DNA of 64,000 bases from Vicugna vicugna (taxonomy: Eukaryota): NCBI GenBank assembly GCA_013265495.1, contig MU058213.1:6898066-6962065 (forward strand), written 5' to 3'. The notes beneath the pieces are model-generated. The model made no database searches. It was given only the letters and a program-made list of their open reading frames with translations, and was not told the DNA's origin. Below are positions 1 to 12,172 of this stretch, piece after piece (position 1 is the first letter of the stretch; each line of letters starts with the position of its first letter). Made by a program: the position numbers and the translations under genes.

Positions 1-1157
1 TTGTAGTTTAAGTCTACTCAAGACCTGCCACCCAGCTAGAAAGGGCAAAAATTTGTTGCAGGAGAGAGGAGAGGAAAAGAAGGTTCCTCACCGAGACTGT
101 CAAGAGAGGTGACCCTAAGTATCATCAGATAATAACCAATCAGTGGCTAGTGTCAAGGAGGTAATTGTGCCAGCTTTAACCCTGGAAGGTCACCTAGACA
201 GATAGGAAAGGGGTGAACACAGGAAAGACAATGAACCAACAATGAAAAGGAGTCCTCTTGTAATCTAGGAGAATAATGCCACCAAAGTCCACTGAATGGT
301 AATTAGCTATAGCTCACTGGGCTGCCAAAACAGACTTCTCCTCGACAAGACCAGGAATGGGAAACCAGCTTTCTTTTAAAAAAAAAATTGTTATTCCTTT
401 TTCCCTCTCTTTCTCACCTAGGAAAAAAGGTTAACTAGGATTTCAAAGCCTAACCTAGCAGCAGCTTCTCTGGACTTTGGCAGCTGGTGGGTTTTGGTGC
501 CTGGGTGCCAGTTACTTGCTCTGCCAGCAATGTGTTAGGATAATCACCCACTGAAGGATTTCAATACATTATCTTTCCCCAGAAGCCTTTGTCTAACAAG
601 GTAATTTATGACCTGTTCAGGAATCTGGTCTTTACAAAACAATAAATTCACACTTGCGCTGGACTTCAAAGCTGCCATTAGGAGGCTCGGTAGCAGAAGG
701 CGTCCCGCAGCTGAGAGCCACATCAACAGATAAGTGAGTTTTTAATGATCTCTTTCAGGCAGGCTGTGAAGGGGACAAAGCTGACAGTCACTGCAGCAGC
801 GTTTGGCTATTCTTGCAAAATTTGACCCTAAAATTGGGTCCTCTTGACAATGTTAAAACCATTTCACCCACTGTCTACAGAATGTGGGATCTGTGGGACT
901 GTGGGGAGGGTGGGGAGGAACTGGCATTCCCCATGTGGATGGCCAGCTGCTCCTGACCCTGGTAAGGATCTTGCTGGAATGCCAACGGAAGCCCAGTCTT
1001 CTAACCTGGCAGTTGGCTTAAGCCCCAGAAGTCTCTGGAAAGCACTGGGGGAGGAGGGAATTGGTGGTGGCAGGCTTTTCACCATCTTCAACTGTTTCAA
1101 CAGGTTCTTGAAGTTGAGGGCATCCTACCCACGCACAAACCCTGCAGAAAACGTAGG

Positions 1158-1345
1158 CCAGGTTTTTCAAAGTGTGGTCTGCGTCTTTCTTGCACAAGGA
1201 TCACTTGGGACGCCTGTTGTGAAAACACAAGCATCTAGGCCCCATTCTGAATCTGCTCTATCAACTGGCAGCAGGTGGGCCTAGGAACTGGAATCTTTAA
1301 CAAACAGCCCAGTGATCCTTACAGCAAATTTTGAGAAACACTGGG
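1158..1345. mobile_element. MER5-type hAT-Charlie MITE (decayed)
   Basis: Ends CCAGGTTTTTCAAAGTGTGG ... TTTGAGAAACACTGG resemble MER5 terminal inverted repeats; internal 'ggcctaggaac...tttaacaa...agtgat' core. Confidence 0.6.
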
Positions 1346-1394
1346 TAGGATAAGATGAAAAGAGAAAGACCAAACTAGGAGTTTAAGCCTGGGG

Positions 1395-1520
1395 GCCTTG
1401 GGATGAGCAAGATCTAGATTCAAATCTAGGAGGTACCATTTACTGGCTGTGTGACCTTGGATAAATGTCTTAACCTCTCTGAACTTTGGTTTACTCATAC
1501 ATGAAAAGGAAGGATTATCT
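1395..1520 (+). mobile_element. MIR SINE fragment
   Basis: MIR core 'tttactggctgtgtgaccttggataaatgtcttaacctctctgaactttggtttactcat'. Confidence 0.8.
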
Positions 1521-2169
1521 CCTAGTTCTGTAGCGAGGAGTAGCTTCTGGCTTTGAAAAGATGTGGCCTGGTTCCCCTTCAGACTTTGCATAGCTCTCTT
1601 TTGTGTGTCTAGACCTCCACTTACAGCTTCCCTGGAGTCGTCTGGCCAGACACAGTAAGCTGTCAGGTTCATCACTCCAAGCAGCTCCCTGTATTCCAGC
1701 TCCCATGAAAATATATGTCTTCTGTTTGAGACACAGAGTGTGTAATGCAGCTAGCTATATTGCTTTCCTTTCTTTTTCCATTTTTCAAGCAGTAGAACTT
1801 ATTTTTCAAATATCTTTCACAGAACTTTAATTTGTTAATCAGGTATTTTTTAAAAATAGAAGTTATAGTGTTACAGTGGGGAAGGCTTTACTGATTCACC
1901 CCCACCCCCCCCAGGAGCCTCAGATGGGAGGGGTGTCTGTCTGGGGGTGGGGAGCAGGGTGGGAAGTAGAGAGTGAGGAGTCACACTGGGTACACAGGAC
2001 AGGGAACACGTTTGCAGAGAGAAAGGAATGACCTCGCTTTCCGCTACAGTTAGTTTGAGGTACCTGGTAACCAGGTGAAGACACTTCGCTGGCAGTTGGA
2101 AATTCACACCCTGAATGACCGGCAGAGGTCCAGTCACAAACAGAGATGCTTTTCTGCCATCTCTCTAAG

Positions 2170-2346
2170 TCAGCGCTTCCTAAACATGGCTGCACTTTGG
2201 AATCATCTGGGAGCTTTAAAAAGTACTGATGCCTGGGTCCCAGTTCCAAAGATTCTGATATAATTGGCTGGGTCGTGGCTGGGCGGTGGGGAAGTTTAGT
2301 CTCCCCAGCTGACGCCACTGTTCAGCAAAGTTCGGAAACTTCTGCT
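2170..2346. mobile_element. MER5A/MER5B MITE
   Basis: 'ggctgcactttggaatcatctgggagctttaaaaagtactgatgcctgggtccc...gattctgatataattgg' matches the recalled MER5 consensus. Confidence 0.75.
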
Positions 2347-2479
2347 TTTAGTGTAAAATGTGTGTCCCTCATTGAGGCACAACTGTGCAGGTGTAGGAAG
2401 CTTTACTAAACATCCACATCCTTGTAATTACATCAAAAAGGCAGCAATCCAAATATATCAGTTTGTCCACAGATCCATT

Positions 2480-3040
2480 TGTATTAGGACCATGAGGATG
2501 CCAGAGCAAATGACCACAAACTTGGTGGCTTAAAACACAGAAATTCATTCTCTCACATTTCTGGAGGCCAGAAGTCAGAATCAGTATCGCTGGGTGGAAA
2601 TCAAGGTGATGGTGAGGTCGTACTCTCTTGAGAGGCTCTGGAGGAGAACTCACTCCTTGCACATTTCAGCTGCTGCTGCCAGCATTCTGGGCTTCCTGTG
2701 ATCACACTGTCTTCTCAGAAAGGGGGCCTATTTCCTTCTGCACCTCCCTCTTATCAAGATACACAGGCTTGCATTTAGGGACCATTTGGATAACTCAAGA
2801 TAATTAGCTGATCTCAAAAGCCTTAATTTAATTATACCTGCAATGGCCTTTTTAAAAAAAACCCAGATAAGGTTTTATTAACAGTTTCCAGGGATTAGGA
2901 CCTGGTATCTTCAAGGGACACTTATTCCATCATAGTCAGCCCTCAAGGATTCCCATTTGTCCCACGGGCAAATTAATTCACCCCCATCTTAATATCCTCG
3001 AAAGTCTCAACCCATTAGGGCACTGACTCATACCCCAAAC
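2480..3040 (-). mobile_element. MLT1 (MaLR) LTR, about 2480-2934, plus a short MLT1-internal stub
   Basis: 'ccacaaacttggtggcttaaaacacagaaattcattctctcacatttctggaggccagaagtc' is diagnostic of MLT1C/D/E in reverse; 2935-3040 resembles the adjoining internal sequence. Confidence 0.8.
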
Positions 3041-3044
3041 CACA

Positions 3045-3245
3045 CCTGGGTGTGAGTCTCAGCTCTGTCGTTTACTGGCTGGTGAACTTGAGCATCATAT
3101 TTAATTGAGCTTCAGTTTCCTCTTACATAGAATGAAGATAACACAGCATGAATTTCCTTGGGTTTTATAAAGTTTAAATAAGATAATATACGTAAAATGT
3201 TTCTTTAGCACCGGGCCCACAGTAAGTAGGCCGAAAACACTGGCA
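3045..3245 (+). mobile_element. MIR SINE
   Basis: 'gagcttcagtttcctcttacatagaatgaagataac...cacagtaagt' MIR core and 3' end. Confidence 0.7.
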
Positions 3246-3247
3246 AC

Positions 3248-3635
3248 TGTCTTAGTCTGCTCAGGCTGCTATAACAAAGGACCAAAGATTTGGTGGCGTC
3301 TAAAGAACAGGAACTTATTACTCACAGTTCTGCAGGGTGGGAATCCAAGATCAGGGTACCAGCCTGGATGGGTTCTGGTAAGAGCCCTCTTCTGGGCTGC
3401 AGGCTGCTGACTCCTCACTGTATCCTCACAGGGCAGAAAGACAGTGGAAGATCTCTCCGGAGTTCCTTTTATAGGGGCACTAATGCCATTCACAAGGGCT
3501 CCACTCTCATGACCTAAACATCTCCCAAAGGCTTCATCTCCTAAAACCATCACAGTGGCGGCAGCGGCGGTGGAGGGGGTGGGTTAGGATTTCAACATAT
3601 GAACTTTGGGGGCCACAAACATGCAGTCCACTACA
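3248..3635 (-). mobile_element. MLT1A-type solo LTR (MaLR)
   Basis: TG...CA termini, 'tgtcttagtctgctcaggctgctataacaaa' to 'caacatatgaactttgggggccacaaacat'; 5-bp TSD GCAAC/GCAGC (1 mismatch). Confidence 0.9.
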
Positions 3636-3769
3636 GCAGCAATGATCAATAATGGCAAACTTAATGAATGTGATCCAAATAACAGAGGCCCCTGCCAGGT
3701 CTCTCTGATGGGCCACCAGGTTTGTAAGGATATTAGCTAAGGATTACGTAGCTCTCACTTTACGTGAGG

Positions 3770-3980
3770 TACTATTCTACATGCTTTACAGATGCTTACT
3801 CCTTTGGTTTTCAAAAATAACCCTCTGAGGTAAGTACTATCATTATCCCAATTTTATAGATGGAAGAACTGAGGCACAGTGAGAAGTTAAGGACAAGGTG
3901 ACACAGCTAATCAGTGGGTGAGCCAGGAGTTGAATCAGGCAGACTAGCTCCATGTTCTTGCTTGCAGGCACCACACCATC
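3770..3980 (-). mobile_element. MIR SINE
   Basis: 'aggtaagtactatcattatcccaattttatagatggaagaactgaggcacag' is the reverse MIR core. Confidence 0.8.
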
Positions 3981-4219
3981 TCAGTTTCCACTATAAAAGG
4001 GGTAATTTGTGACACTGCATAGACCACAACTGCAACCCGTCTGGTCTTAAAGGTAACTGCCATGATTCTGGCCAGTCGATTTCTAAAACCCATCCCCACT
4101 CTGGCATTTTATGTAGACATCAAGGAGAAATTTCTGAATTCCCAATTTATCTCTGGGTGGGAGAAATTCAGGCACCAGTGGTCCCCACCGCCAACCTCCA
4201 TAGTCTCCAGGCAAAGGAA

Positions 4220-4700
4220 CACGCTTGAGAGTCCACGCGGTTGACACCGGCACTAACCGCCGGGTTGCCAGATTAGCGCAAGCTCATGAACAGAAATTGG
4301 GAGTCCGGGTTCCCACCCAGCCCATCTCTTTGAACAGGCTGCAGCTGCCTCTGAGGTTGTTCTGTGACCAGGACATGGTTGCAAAGTTCACACTTAAAAG
4401 TCCATTTAAGAGGATTTAAAAGAAACAACAACAGAAGCAGGTGGGGGGAGAAGTGACCTCATCACCTTTTGCCCCGAGCGCTGCTACAACAGCTGGGAAG
4501 AACAGGGCTAGCCAGCAAGGCCGGACCATAAAGCTCCAGGACCCCGGCCGGAGCTGCTTTGAACAGAGTGCCTGCCGGGGACTCGCTCACCCCGCAGCAC
4601 AGAGCTGCGGCCGGGACTCGGAGCAAACACACGGGGACAAGTGTCTTAATTTGAGGAACTGGAATTCACCAGCAAAGGTGATGTGACCATTCTGTTGCCA
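4220..4700. promoter_or_regulatory. Locally CpG-rich, non-repetitive segment; candidate enhancer or weak promoter
   Basis: About 20 CpGs in about 420 bp against a CpG-depleted background; identical CTTTGAACAG at 4328-4337 and 4557-4566. Confidence 0.4.
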
Positions 4701-5206
4701 AACAAGGAGGTCTCTTTGGTGCCCAGTTTAAGTTTGTTGCCGTAGGGGTCTCAGCGTTGAAGAGGTGGGGCGAGTTTTGCAGAGGATTAAAGACTAGCTG
4801 CCTACAACGTTGGTTTTCTCATTCCAGGAACAAAGCAGTGCAAGAAGCTGCCCATCTCGGTGGCTTTGTTCAGTTTACATCCTGGGTTGTACTTCATGGG
4901 AAAATGAGATCATAAAAACAACGGGGGTGGCACAGGAGGAAGAGCTGTAGGGGCAGATAATATAGTGATCCCCCGATTCAAAATCGGAAATATTTGGATC
5001 TGAAAAGGAAATATTAGTCATCTATTTTGATATAAACTGCGAAATTCCAATGACAAATACTTCAGTATTTAGTATTAGTAACTCTTCCCCTCACCCCAGC
5101 ACCAAAAAGCATTGCACATCACCCTATCCTTTCAAAAGAGATTTTTGGATAATATTTTAAATGTCGTCTAAGAGATGTGGACAACTTTATATCTAGGGGT
5201 ATAAAT

Positions 5207-5302
5207 AGGGTAAGTAATCAACCCTGTTTGCCTGGGACTGAGGAAAACTTCCAGGGCTGAGCCCGGCAAAGGCCCAGGCCAACCAGGCAGTAGGTCACCC
5301 TA
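5207..5302. mobile_element. MER81/MER94-like hAT-Blackjack MITE
   Basis: 'tagggg...ctgtttgcctgggactgagg...cccaggccaaccagg...ggtcacccta' with TAGGGTGACC-type terminus. Confidence 0.55.
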
Positions 5303-6631
5303 GTCACAGAGAAAGGAAACGACAGTCATATGTAAGAAGTGAGTTCATGTTGCCGTAATCTCATATGGTGACTTCTCAGTTCACTACCGAAGCTAGTCAG
5401 CTCCTTAGCATCACAAAGTCAAATTATACTGGCCATTTCTGATACCACTCCCAAAAGTGCCATAATAAAACTACAAGCTGCAGTTTTAGATAATCTTTCA
5501 CCAGCCTACACCTATTTGCCTAAGTCAGGACCCTATCAGTTCATGAAATGGCAATATTATGTTACTAAAAGATAGAGAAAATTAGGCCATTTATCCCATT
5601 TCAAACCAAGAATGTCTTTTCAAAGAAATTACAGCCTTAAATTTTTTTAATTTAATTATTTGAAAAACACTACCCATTTTTCTCAAAGTTATTGAATTTA
5701 ATCTGTTCATAAAAAGGACTCTTTTGCTATCCTGGCCTGATACACCATCTCATGCCCCCCACACATGTGTGCACCCCATACGTGCAGACTTCTGAAATCT
5801 TTTTTGAAGAGAATGTGTCTAAACAGATTTAACATGTGATATATTAGGAAGAGCACAAACTCTGGAATCAGACTAATTTGACAGAGGGAACACCAAATTC
5901 TGCCTGAAATTCCTCCTCTAAAGGAACAGAATTATCATTTTCACCACAACCCAAATCATTGGTGATCTGCACCAAAATGTTTGTTCCTATTAAAACTCCA
6001 GTAAAAATGCTAGGGTTCTCAGTATCAAATGTTTCTTAAAAAAAAAAAAATAGCATCTTTGAGCAACATCTACTGGTTAAGTTGACTCTTATGATAGGAA
6101 ATTAAGCTTTGAAAAAGTTCATAAACAGCCAGCCCCTTTCTAACTGTGGATTAAAACAGGAATTGGTGACTGAAGAGGAATAATTGGTAACAGTTCACAA
6201 CTTTATAAATTAAAAGGCTTGAGGTTTAAAAAAAGACATTCTTCTCTTCCTTTGGGAAAAGGGTGTCTTCTGCAAAGTGATGCATTCTTTTGATAAGGAT
6301 GACATTACTGATAATGTCACCAAACCAAACCAGCAGCAAAAGCGAATTAATACAGAACGCCCACTGATTCCAACTATGCAGAAGGCTTAGAAGTGGTGAG
6401 GCACTGTGACAAACTCTTTTCTTGGTAACTGAGAGGCAACTGAATTACACTTTCCATTTTAACTCTGCATACTGAATTTGAATTCTAACATGCATTTTTA
6501 TTTTAGTTTTCTAATTTGCCCCAAATGTTAATGAGTTGGCCTTGAATTCTATCTCTTACATGGTTTTCGGTCAACACATTATTATGGACAATCTTTGGTG
6601 AGTAGTGTAGTTATAGAAAGTAGAAATTTGG

Positions 6632-6983
6632 TACCACATGATATCACTTATACGTAGAATCGAAAGAAAAGACAAATGAATTTATTTACAAAACAGAAAC
6701 AGACTCACAGACAGAAAACAAACTTACCGTTACAAGTGGGGGAAAGGGGTGGGAAGGGATAAATTGGGAATTTGAGATTTGCACATAGTAACTAATATAC
6801 ATAAAATAGATAATCAGCTTTATATTGTATACCACAGGGAACTATATTGAATATCTCATAGTAACCTATAATGAAAAGGAATGTATGTATACATATGGAT
6901 GACTGAAACATTATGCTGTACACCAGAAATTGACACAACATTGTAAACTGACTATACTTCAAAACAAAACAAAAAAAAAACCC
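6632..6983 (+). mobile_element. 5'-truncated L1 (3' UTR and A-rich tail)
   Basis: L1 3' UTR 'ttatttacaaaacagaaacagactcacagac...attgtaaactgactatacttc', A-tail, perfect 11-bp TSD TAGAAATTTGG (6621-6631 / 6984-6994). Confidence 0.92.
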
Positions 6984-7489
6984 TAGAAATTTGGCTGATA
7001 GAAGGTGTGCACTGACTGCAGGTCAGCCTGTGGGAGTTTAAACTGTTCTTTAAAAAATTTTTTTAAATTATGTTGCAATTTAGAACTGTGAAGGAAAGAA
7101 GTCAACATGTGTAGAGTGACTGTGCTCCAAGCATGCTGGTGGGTATTCTACTGCAGGGTGTCTCATGCCTGCACATCCTGAGTGGTAACAAGTATCAGTT
7201 CTCTCCATTCTTTACTGAAAAATGTGCATCAGAGTTAGACGTTTGCCCCCCCCCCCACCGTCAGCTCTGATCCCAAAGTCTACACTCTTTCTAATATTCC
7301 ACAAGGCAGACCTGTGTCAACTAGTCTGTTCAAAACAGGTTCCAAAAGTCTATGAAGAGGGGGAAAAAGGCATGACTTCTCTAAGAGAAATCTTTTAAAC
7401 TAAGAGCTATAGAAGCTTATAACATTGTAGGACCTAGTTTCAGTTTTCAGACCTCTTACTCTGTATTCAAAATGTAACTACCACAAAGA

Positions 7490-8200
7490 TGTCTAAAACT
7501 TGAAGCTTGCATAACTAAACTCTGTTTCCCCCCACTGAATCTTCTCCCACTTGTATTTTTTGAGCCAGAGCCTGGTTATAGGGGGGTGAGAATAAATGGA
7601 CCAAAGTGTTCTCTCCGCTTGGTGCCTACCGTTTCAGACCATACCAATCCCAAGAGATACATATTAAAATTTTCATTTTACAGATGGGAAAACTAAGGCT
7701 ACGGTCACCTGACATTACATCCTTGCAGTCTGATGCCAAAGCCCATCTTTTGATCACAATGAATACCTCTTCCCCCACCATTCACGATACAACTGAGAAA
7801 CTTAGAAGCTAGCACAGACGACTTCCCTTCCTTCTTTCTCATATCTACTTGTTCACTTACTCTCACTAATTTTCACTCTCAAATATCTTGCTCCAATCCC
7901 ACTGCTATTGTCTTGGTTTATTAGGGCTTCATGATTCCCTCCCTGGTCTTAGGAAGATTCTCCTAACTGAACCCTTGGGTACCTGTTTCCCCGGTGACCC
8001 ACATACACATACATCCTATAATACACTATACTAGGACCTGAATGAACTTTCTAAAAAACTCTAGCCTGTTCATATCCCTTGTTTAAAATTTTCAATGGTT
8101 CAACAGTCTCTGCTCTCTAAGGTCCAAACTCCTTATGGCAAAAAAGGCTCTTTATTATCTTGTCTCTACAATCTTTTCACTTATCTCCAATCATTCGCTC
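7490..8200 (+). mobile_element. L2 fragments, interrupted by small MIR/L2 pieces
   Basis: Pyrimidine-rich L2 3' region, e.g. 'tcccactgctattgtcttggtt...ctcctaactg...ggtccaaactccttatggca'. Confidence 0.5.
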
Positions 8201-8229
8201 TACAACCCCGCAAGACCCTGACAGTTCTC

Positions 8230-8510
8230 AATTCAATTTAACAAAATGTTTCTTGAGCCCCTGTTCTGTGCCAGGCACTGCCTTCACTGTGGAGACACGG
8301 CAATGAACAAGACAGAGATACGCTTGCCTCATGGAGCGAAGAGTCTGAAACGGACCTTAAACAGGTAATTACCTGCAAGATGAATAGTACAGAAGAGCAA
8401 GCACAGGAGCACGTGGCAGCAAATTGCATCAGGGAGCATGTGACATTTAAAATGAGACAGAGAGAGTGGCTTGAGCTAGTCTAGCGAAGATGAGAAGGGA
8501 ACCCCAAGCA
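8230..8510 (-). mobile_element. L2 3' end
   Basis: 'attcaatttaacaaaatgtttcttgagcccctgttctgtgccaggcactg' is the reverse L2 terminus. Confidence 0.7.
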
Positions 8511-8769
8511 GATAAGCATTACTAACTCTGTGCGTGCATACTGCCTTAGACGTATCTCCATGCAATTTCCTACATTGCACTGGGCTGGTTATCTCCGTGG
8601 TCTGCCCACACTGAAGGCTTCTTGAGCACAGGGTCAATGTGCTAGTCACGGTTTGTAACCTGGTCAGCTACTAGGCATGGCACGCCTGAGTGTTCCAATG
8701 TCTGCTGGTGACAATGGTGATGCTATTAGGCACCTTCTGTCTGATATTACTGTGACATGTTGATAAATT

Positions 8770-8945
8770 ACTGATAAATTTTTACAATCCTCCACAGTAG
8801 GTAATATACTTATTTTTACAGATAGAGACACTAAGGACCAGAGAAATAAAACAAGTCTCCAAAATTAAAGAACTAGCCAATAAGATGAAGTCAGATCTAA
8901 GCCCAGGTCTATGTGACTTCACACATGTTCCATTCCACTACAACA
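8770..8945 (-). mobile_element. MIR SINE
   Basis: 'gtaggtaatatacttatttttacagatagagacactaagg...cccaggtctatgtgact'. Confidence 0.65.
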
Positions 8946-9796
8946 CGCTGCAGCTAATGCTTAAAGCACATTGGGACGATAATCCAGCTATGCTGGATGT
9001 TGAATACCAGGAAAGACAGACATTCTTGTTACCACTTCGTTAATAATTTAGTCCTCCATACCACTTGGGAGTGAGTGTCAGTCTACTCCCTAGGGTATTT
9101 TCATCTCTGGGTACATGGAAAAAGCCCAGTTTCTGTTATAAGGCTGAGGACCAGATCATCATAAGTAAACCACGTCTTTGCCAACTAGCAAGCAGCCTTT
9201 CCCTACCAAATCTGTACTTTTACTGTCAAGAGCTCCTTCTGTCAAACTTCACCTGGTGTTAGATGCTACAAAGAAGAGTTGAGACTGAGGCTTAAGGAAA
9301 GGCCATTACACTGGGTCCCTGGTGAAGTGGAAAGGAGCAGTCAGGAGAGCAGAGAGGGTGTGAGCCAGACTGCAAGGGGCCAAGGCGTGAGAAGACGGCG
9401 GGTGAGCAAACTGTAGCAGCAGGTAACACGTGCGGCACAATGGTGATATTGGCAGGAATAAGAGAGAAGGTATTTGCTAGAGCTGAAGGCACAGCAAAGT
9501 GCTGTAGACCAGAGGGAAAGAGACAGCAGAGAAGGAGAGATTCTAGATGCAGTTAAGGTGAGAGAAAGTCTCAGAAGATGTAAAGAGGTCCACTTTCAGC
9601 CGAGGGGGTGCGTGTGGGCTCAAGGGCATGGGGGGAGGGTTTAGCTCTGGCAGGGTGATGGATCCCTGTCATTAACAGATGAGACAAAGGGGGAAAGGGG
9701 AGACCCACCATGGAAAGGTTTTGGGATCAGACAGAACTGGAATCCCCAGTGTTAAAGGAAGATTCCAGTTTTCCTCAACTGCTCTCCCGAAGACTG

Positions 9797-9838
9797 CAGC
9801 AGAGATGTTAGTAACCACAGCAGAGATGTTAGTAACTG
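9797..9838. repeat. 21-bp tandem duplication
   Basis: CAGCAGAGATGTTAGTAAC occurs at 9797 and 9818. Confidence 0.9.
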
Positions 9839-11109
9839 CAAAATGTCAAATCCCGAGAACTGGGTTTGGGGGAATGTCTGAGTGTAACTTTGGACAGAGA
9901 GATACTGCAGTGAAGCAGTGAATTCTAAGCGCCTGCCAGTGGCCATGGCTAGAAGGCTAGAGCACACCATGTAATGTGGAAAAAGGAACAGAATCTGACA
10001 TCCTATGGACTGTGGGCATCTGAACAGAGAAAGAAGGAGGAAACTAGAGGGAAGATGAGTAGAAATACACAGTTTTGTTCTTATATTCATTGGGCCTAAG
10101 CTGCATAAATACAGAATTTGTTCTTCCTTTGTTGCTGAGAAGACCCCAAGAAAAGCAGGTTGGAAACTATAAAGCAACTTGGGTTGTTGTCTGGGTGGGT
10201 AGATGGATGGGTACATGGTGGATGGATAAAAGGAAGAATAGAGAGATGGGTGGAAAAGCAAATAGAGGACTGAGACAGGGAAGAACAAAGTATAGAAAGA
10301 TTATTACATTGAAATACTTCAGATATGTCTCTCGACTAGGAGAGCATCGTACTGCTCATTGGGCAGACGAGTAGACAGGAAATATTTTGACCTGTCCTCT
10401 GACTTTCTGATTTGGCCAATATGAGGAAAGAGAGTTAGGGAGGGGCAAGGAGACATCTTCTCTGAATGCGTTTATTTAGCGAGACCTAAGAGTAAGAGGT
10501 TCGTGCAAGAAATATTTTTTACAGAGCAAGTAGTGGGGAGAAGCACCAAAGACTCTTTTGGCTCCACAGGTGAATCAGGGAGCCTCAGCCATCAGACACC
10601 ACGTAAAGGAAAACTGGTATCAAACCCACAAGCAACACAGATGAGAGAAGATGAAGGGTCTTCTTGAAGCAAAATGGAAAACCAACACTAAGATGAGCAG
10701 GAACTGATATTAAGCTGAAATTACAGACATGGCACCAAATGAGCCCAAGGATTTAGAGTTTTAAATTTTTGTTCCATATGTGATGGACTTAAGTTTGTAA
10801 TGGACTTGTAGACAATTAATACTCCCATATTTGTCCTGCTATGCTTCACTTTTTCAACTTCTATTTTTATTTTGATGGAGAATTCATATATGTGTTTCTG
10901 GAAATTCATATTTTAGTGTGAACATCTGAACTATTTCTTATACATTAGCCACACTAGGAGAATTTCATTTTCAGACAAAGTCGTTCTTATTTGGGATAAT
11001 TAGAAAAAGAGGGAAGGTAGGAATTTGGGGGGAAAAAGTTCTGAGATAAAGTCAGGGATGGAGAAGGAAAAATATTTTTATAACAAAACTGTACAGAATA
11101 TCTATATGC

Positions 11110-12172
11110 TTATAATTCCCAAGTTTGGTGTTCTACCTGGCATCTCAGTTTAGATTCATATATCCAGTTACCTCATTCAGTTACCTCACACACTTATATA
11201 ACACATCCAAGACTGAGATTCTGGGCAGGGAGGGAATAGCTCAGTGGCAGAGTGCATGCTTAGCATGCACAAGGTCCTGGGTTCAATTCCCAGTTCCTCC
11301 ATTAAAATAAATATCCCTCCATTAAAATAAATAAATAAACCTAATTGTCTCCCCTCTCCAGAAAAAGACTGAGGTTCTGATCTGCTCTTCCAAACCTACT
11401 CTTCCTATAGCTGCCCCCATCCCTAATAATATCAACTTCATTCTTCTAATTGTTCAGGCCAAAAAATTGCAGAGCAATCTTTGGCTTCATATTTTGTTTC
11501 ACACTCCTCAACTGATCCATCAACAAATCCTGTCCTCTCTGTCTTGAAAACATGTATCTGGAATCAGACTCTATCCCAACAGCCTCCTCGCTGGTCTCCC
11601 TGTCTCCACCCTGGCCCTCCGTTGGCCTGCTCTAAACACAACAGCCAGAGGAATACTTTTAGAACATGTTGTACCATGTCACTTATCTGCTTATCACCTT
11701 CCGATAACATCCCATTTTCCTCAGACTGCAAGACTTATCATGGTCCACAAGGACCATCACCCAGCATTTGCACTTCTGCCCTCCCTCTGGAATGTTCTCC
11801 GCTCAGACTCTCCATATCCACATGTACTTCCCTCATTCCCCGTAAGTCTTTGTTTGTCACCTTCCCAGTGATGTCTTCCTGGTTACTCCATCTAAACTGC
11901 CAACTCCCCTCGGCCCTATTTTCTACCCCCTGGCACCCTCTGCCCTCTCCCTGATTTATTTTTCTCTATAACACGCACTCTCACCTGAAATTTATCTGGT
12001 ATTTACTTATCTGAGTATAGTCTGCCTATTTTCACTAGATTTGCAAGTGATATGAGAGCTGGACTTTTTCTCTGTTTTGCTCATTGCTGTATCCTCAGTC
12101 CCTTGAACAGTAAACAGTAGGCACTCAATAGGTATTTGTGGGAGGAAGGAACGAACAAATGAATGAATGAAC
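11110..12172 (+). mobile_element. L2 element, host of the SINE at 11224
   Basis: Ends 'gctcattgctgtatcctcagt...agtaggcactcaataggtatttgt...gaatgaatgaa', the L2 3' terminus. Confidence 0.8.
11224..11364 (+). mobile_element. tRNA-Ala-derived SINE (camelid vic-1 type)
   Basis: A-box 'tagctcagtggcagag', 'catgcttagcatg' anticodon-like stem, B-box 'ggttcaattcc', tail 'aataaacctaattgtctcccc'; TSD AAGACTGAG(A/G)TTCTG (11209-11223 / 11365-11379); internal duplication of cctccattaaaataaata. Confidence 0.9.

Noticed and set aside
844..1284. 146-aa ORF
   Set aside because: Non-ATG start, runs into a MER5 element, no domain similarity
9752..10288. 178-aa minus-strand ORF
   Set aside because: Low-complexity translation of purine-rich DNA and a 21-bp tandem duplication; no domain similarity
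11481..11954. 157-aa ORF
   Set aside because: Lies wholly within a decayed L2
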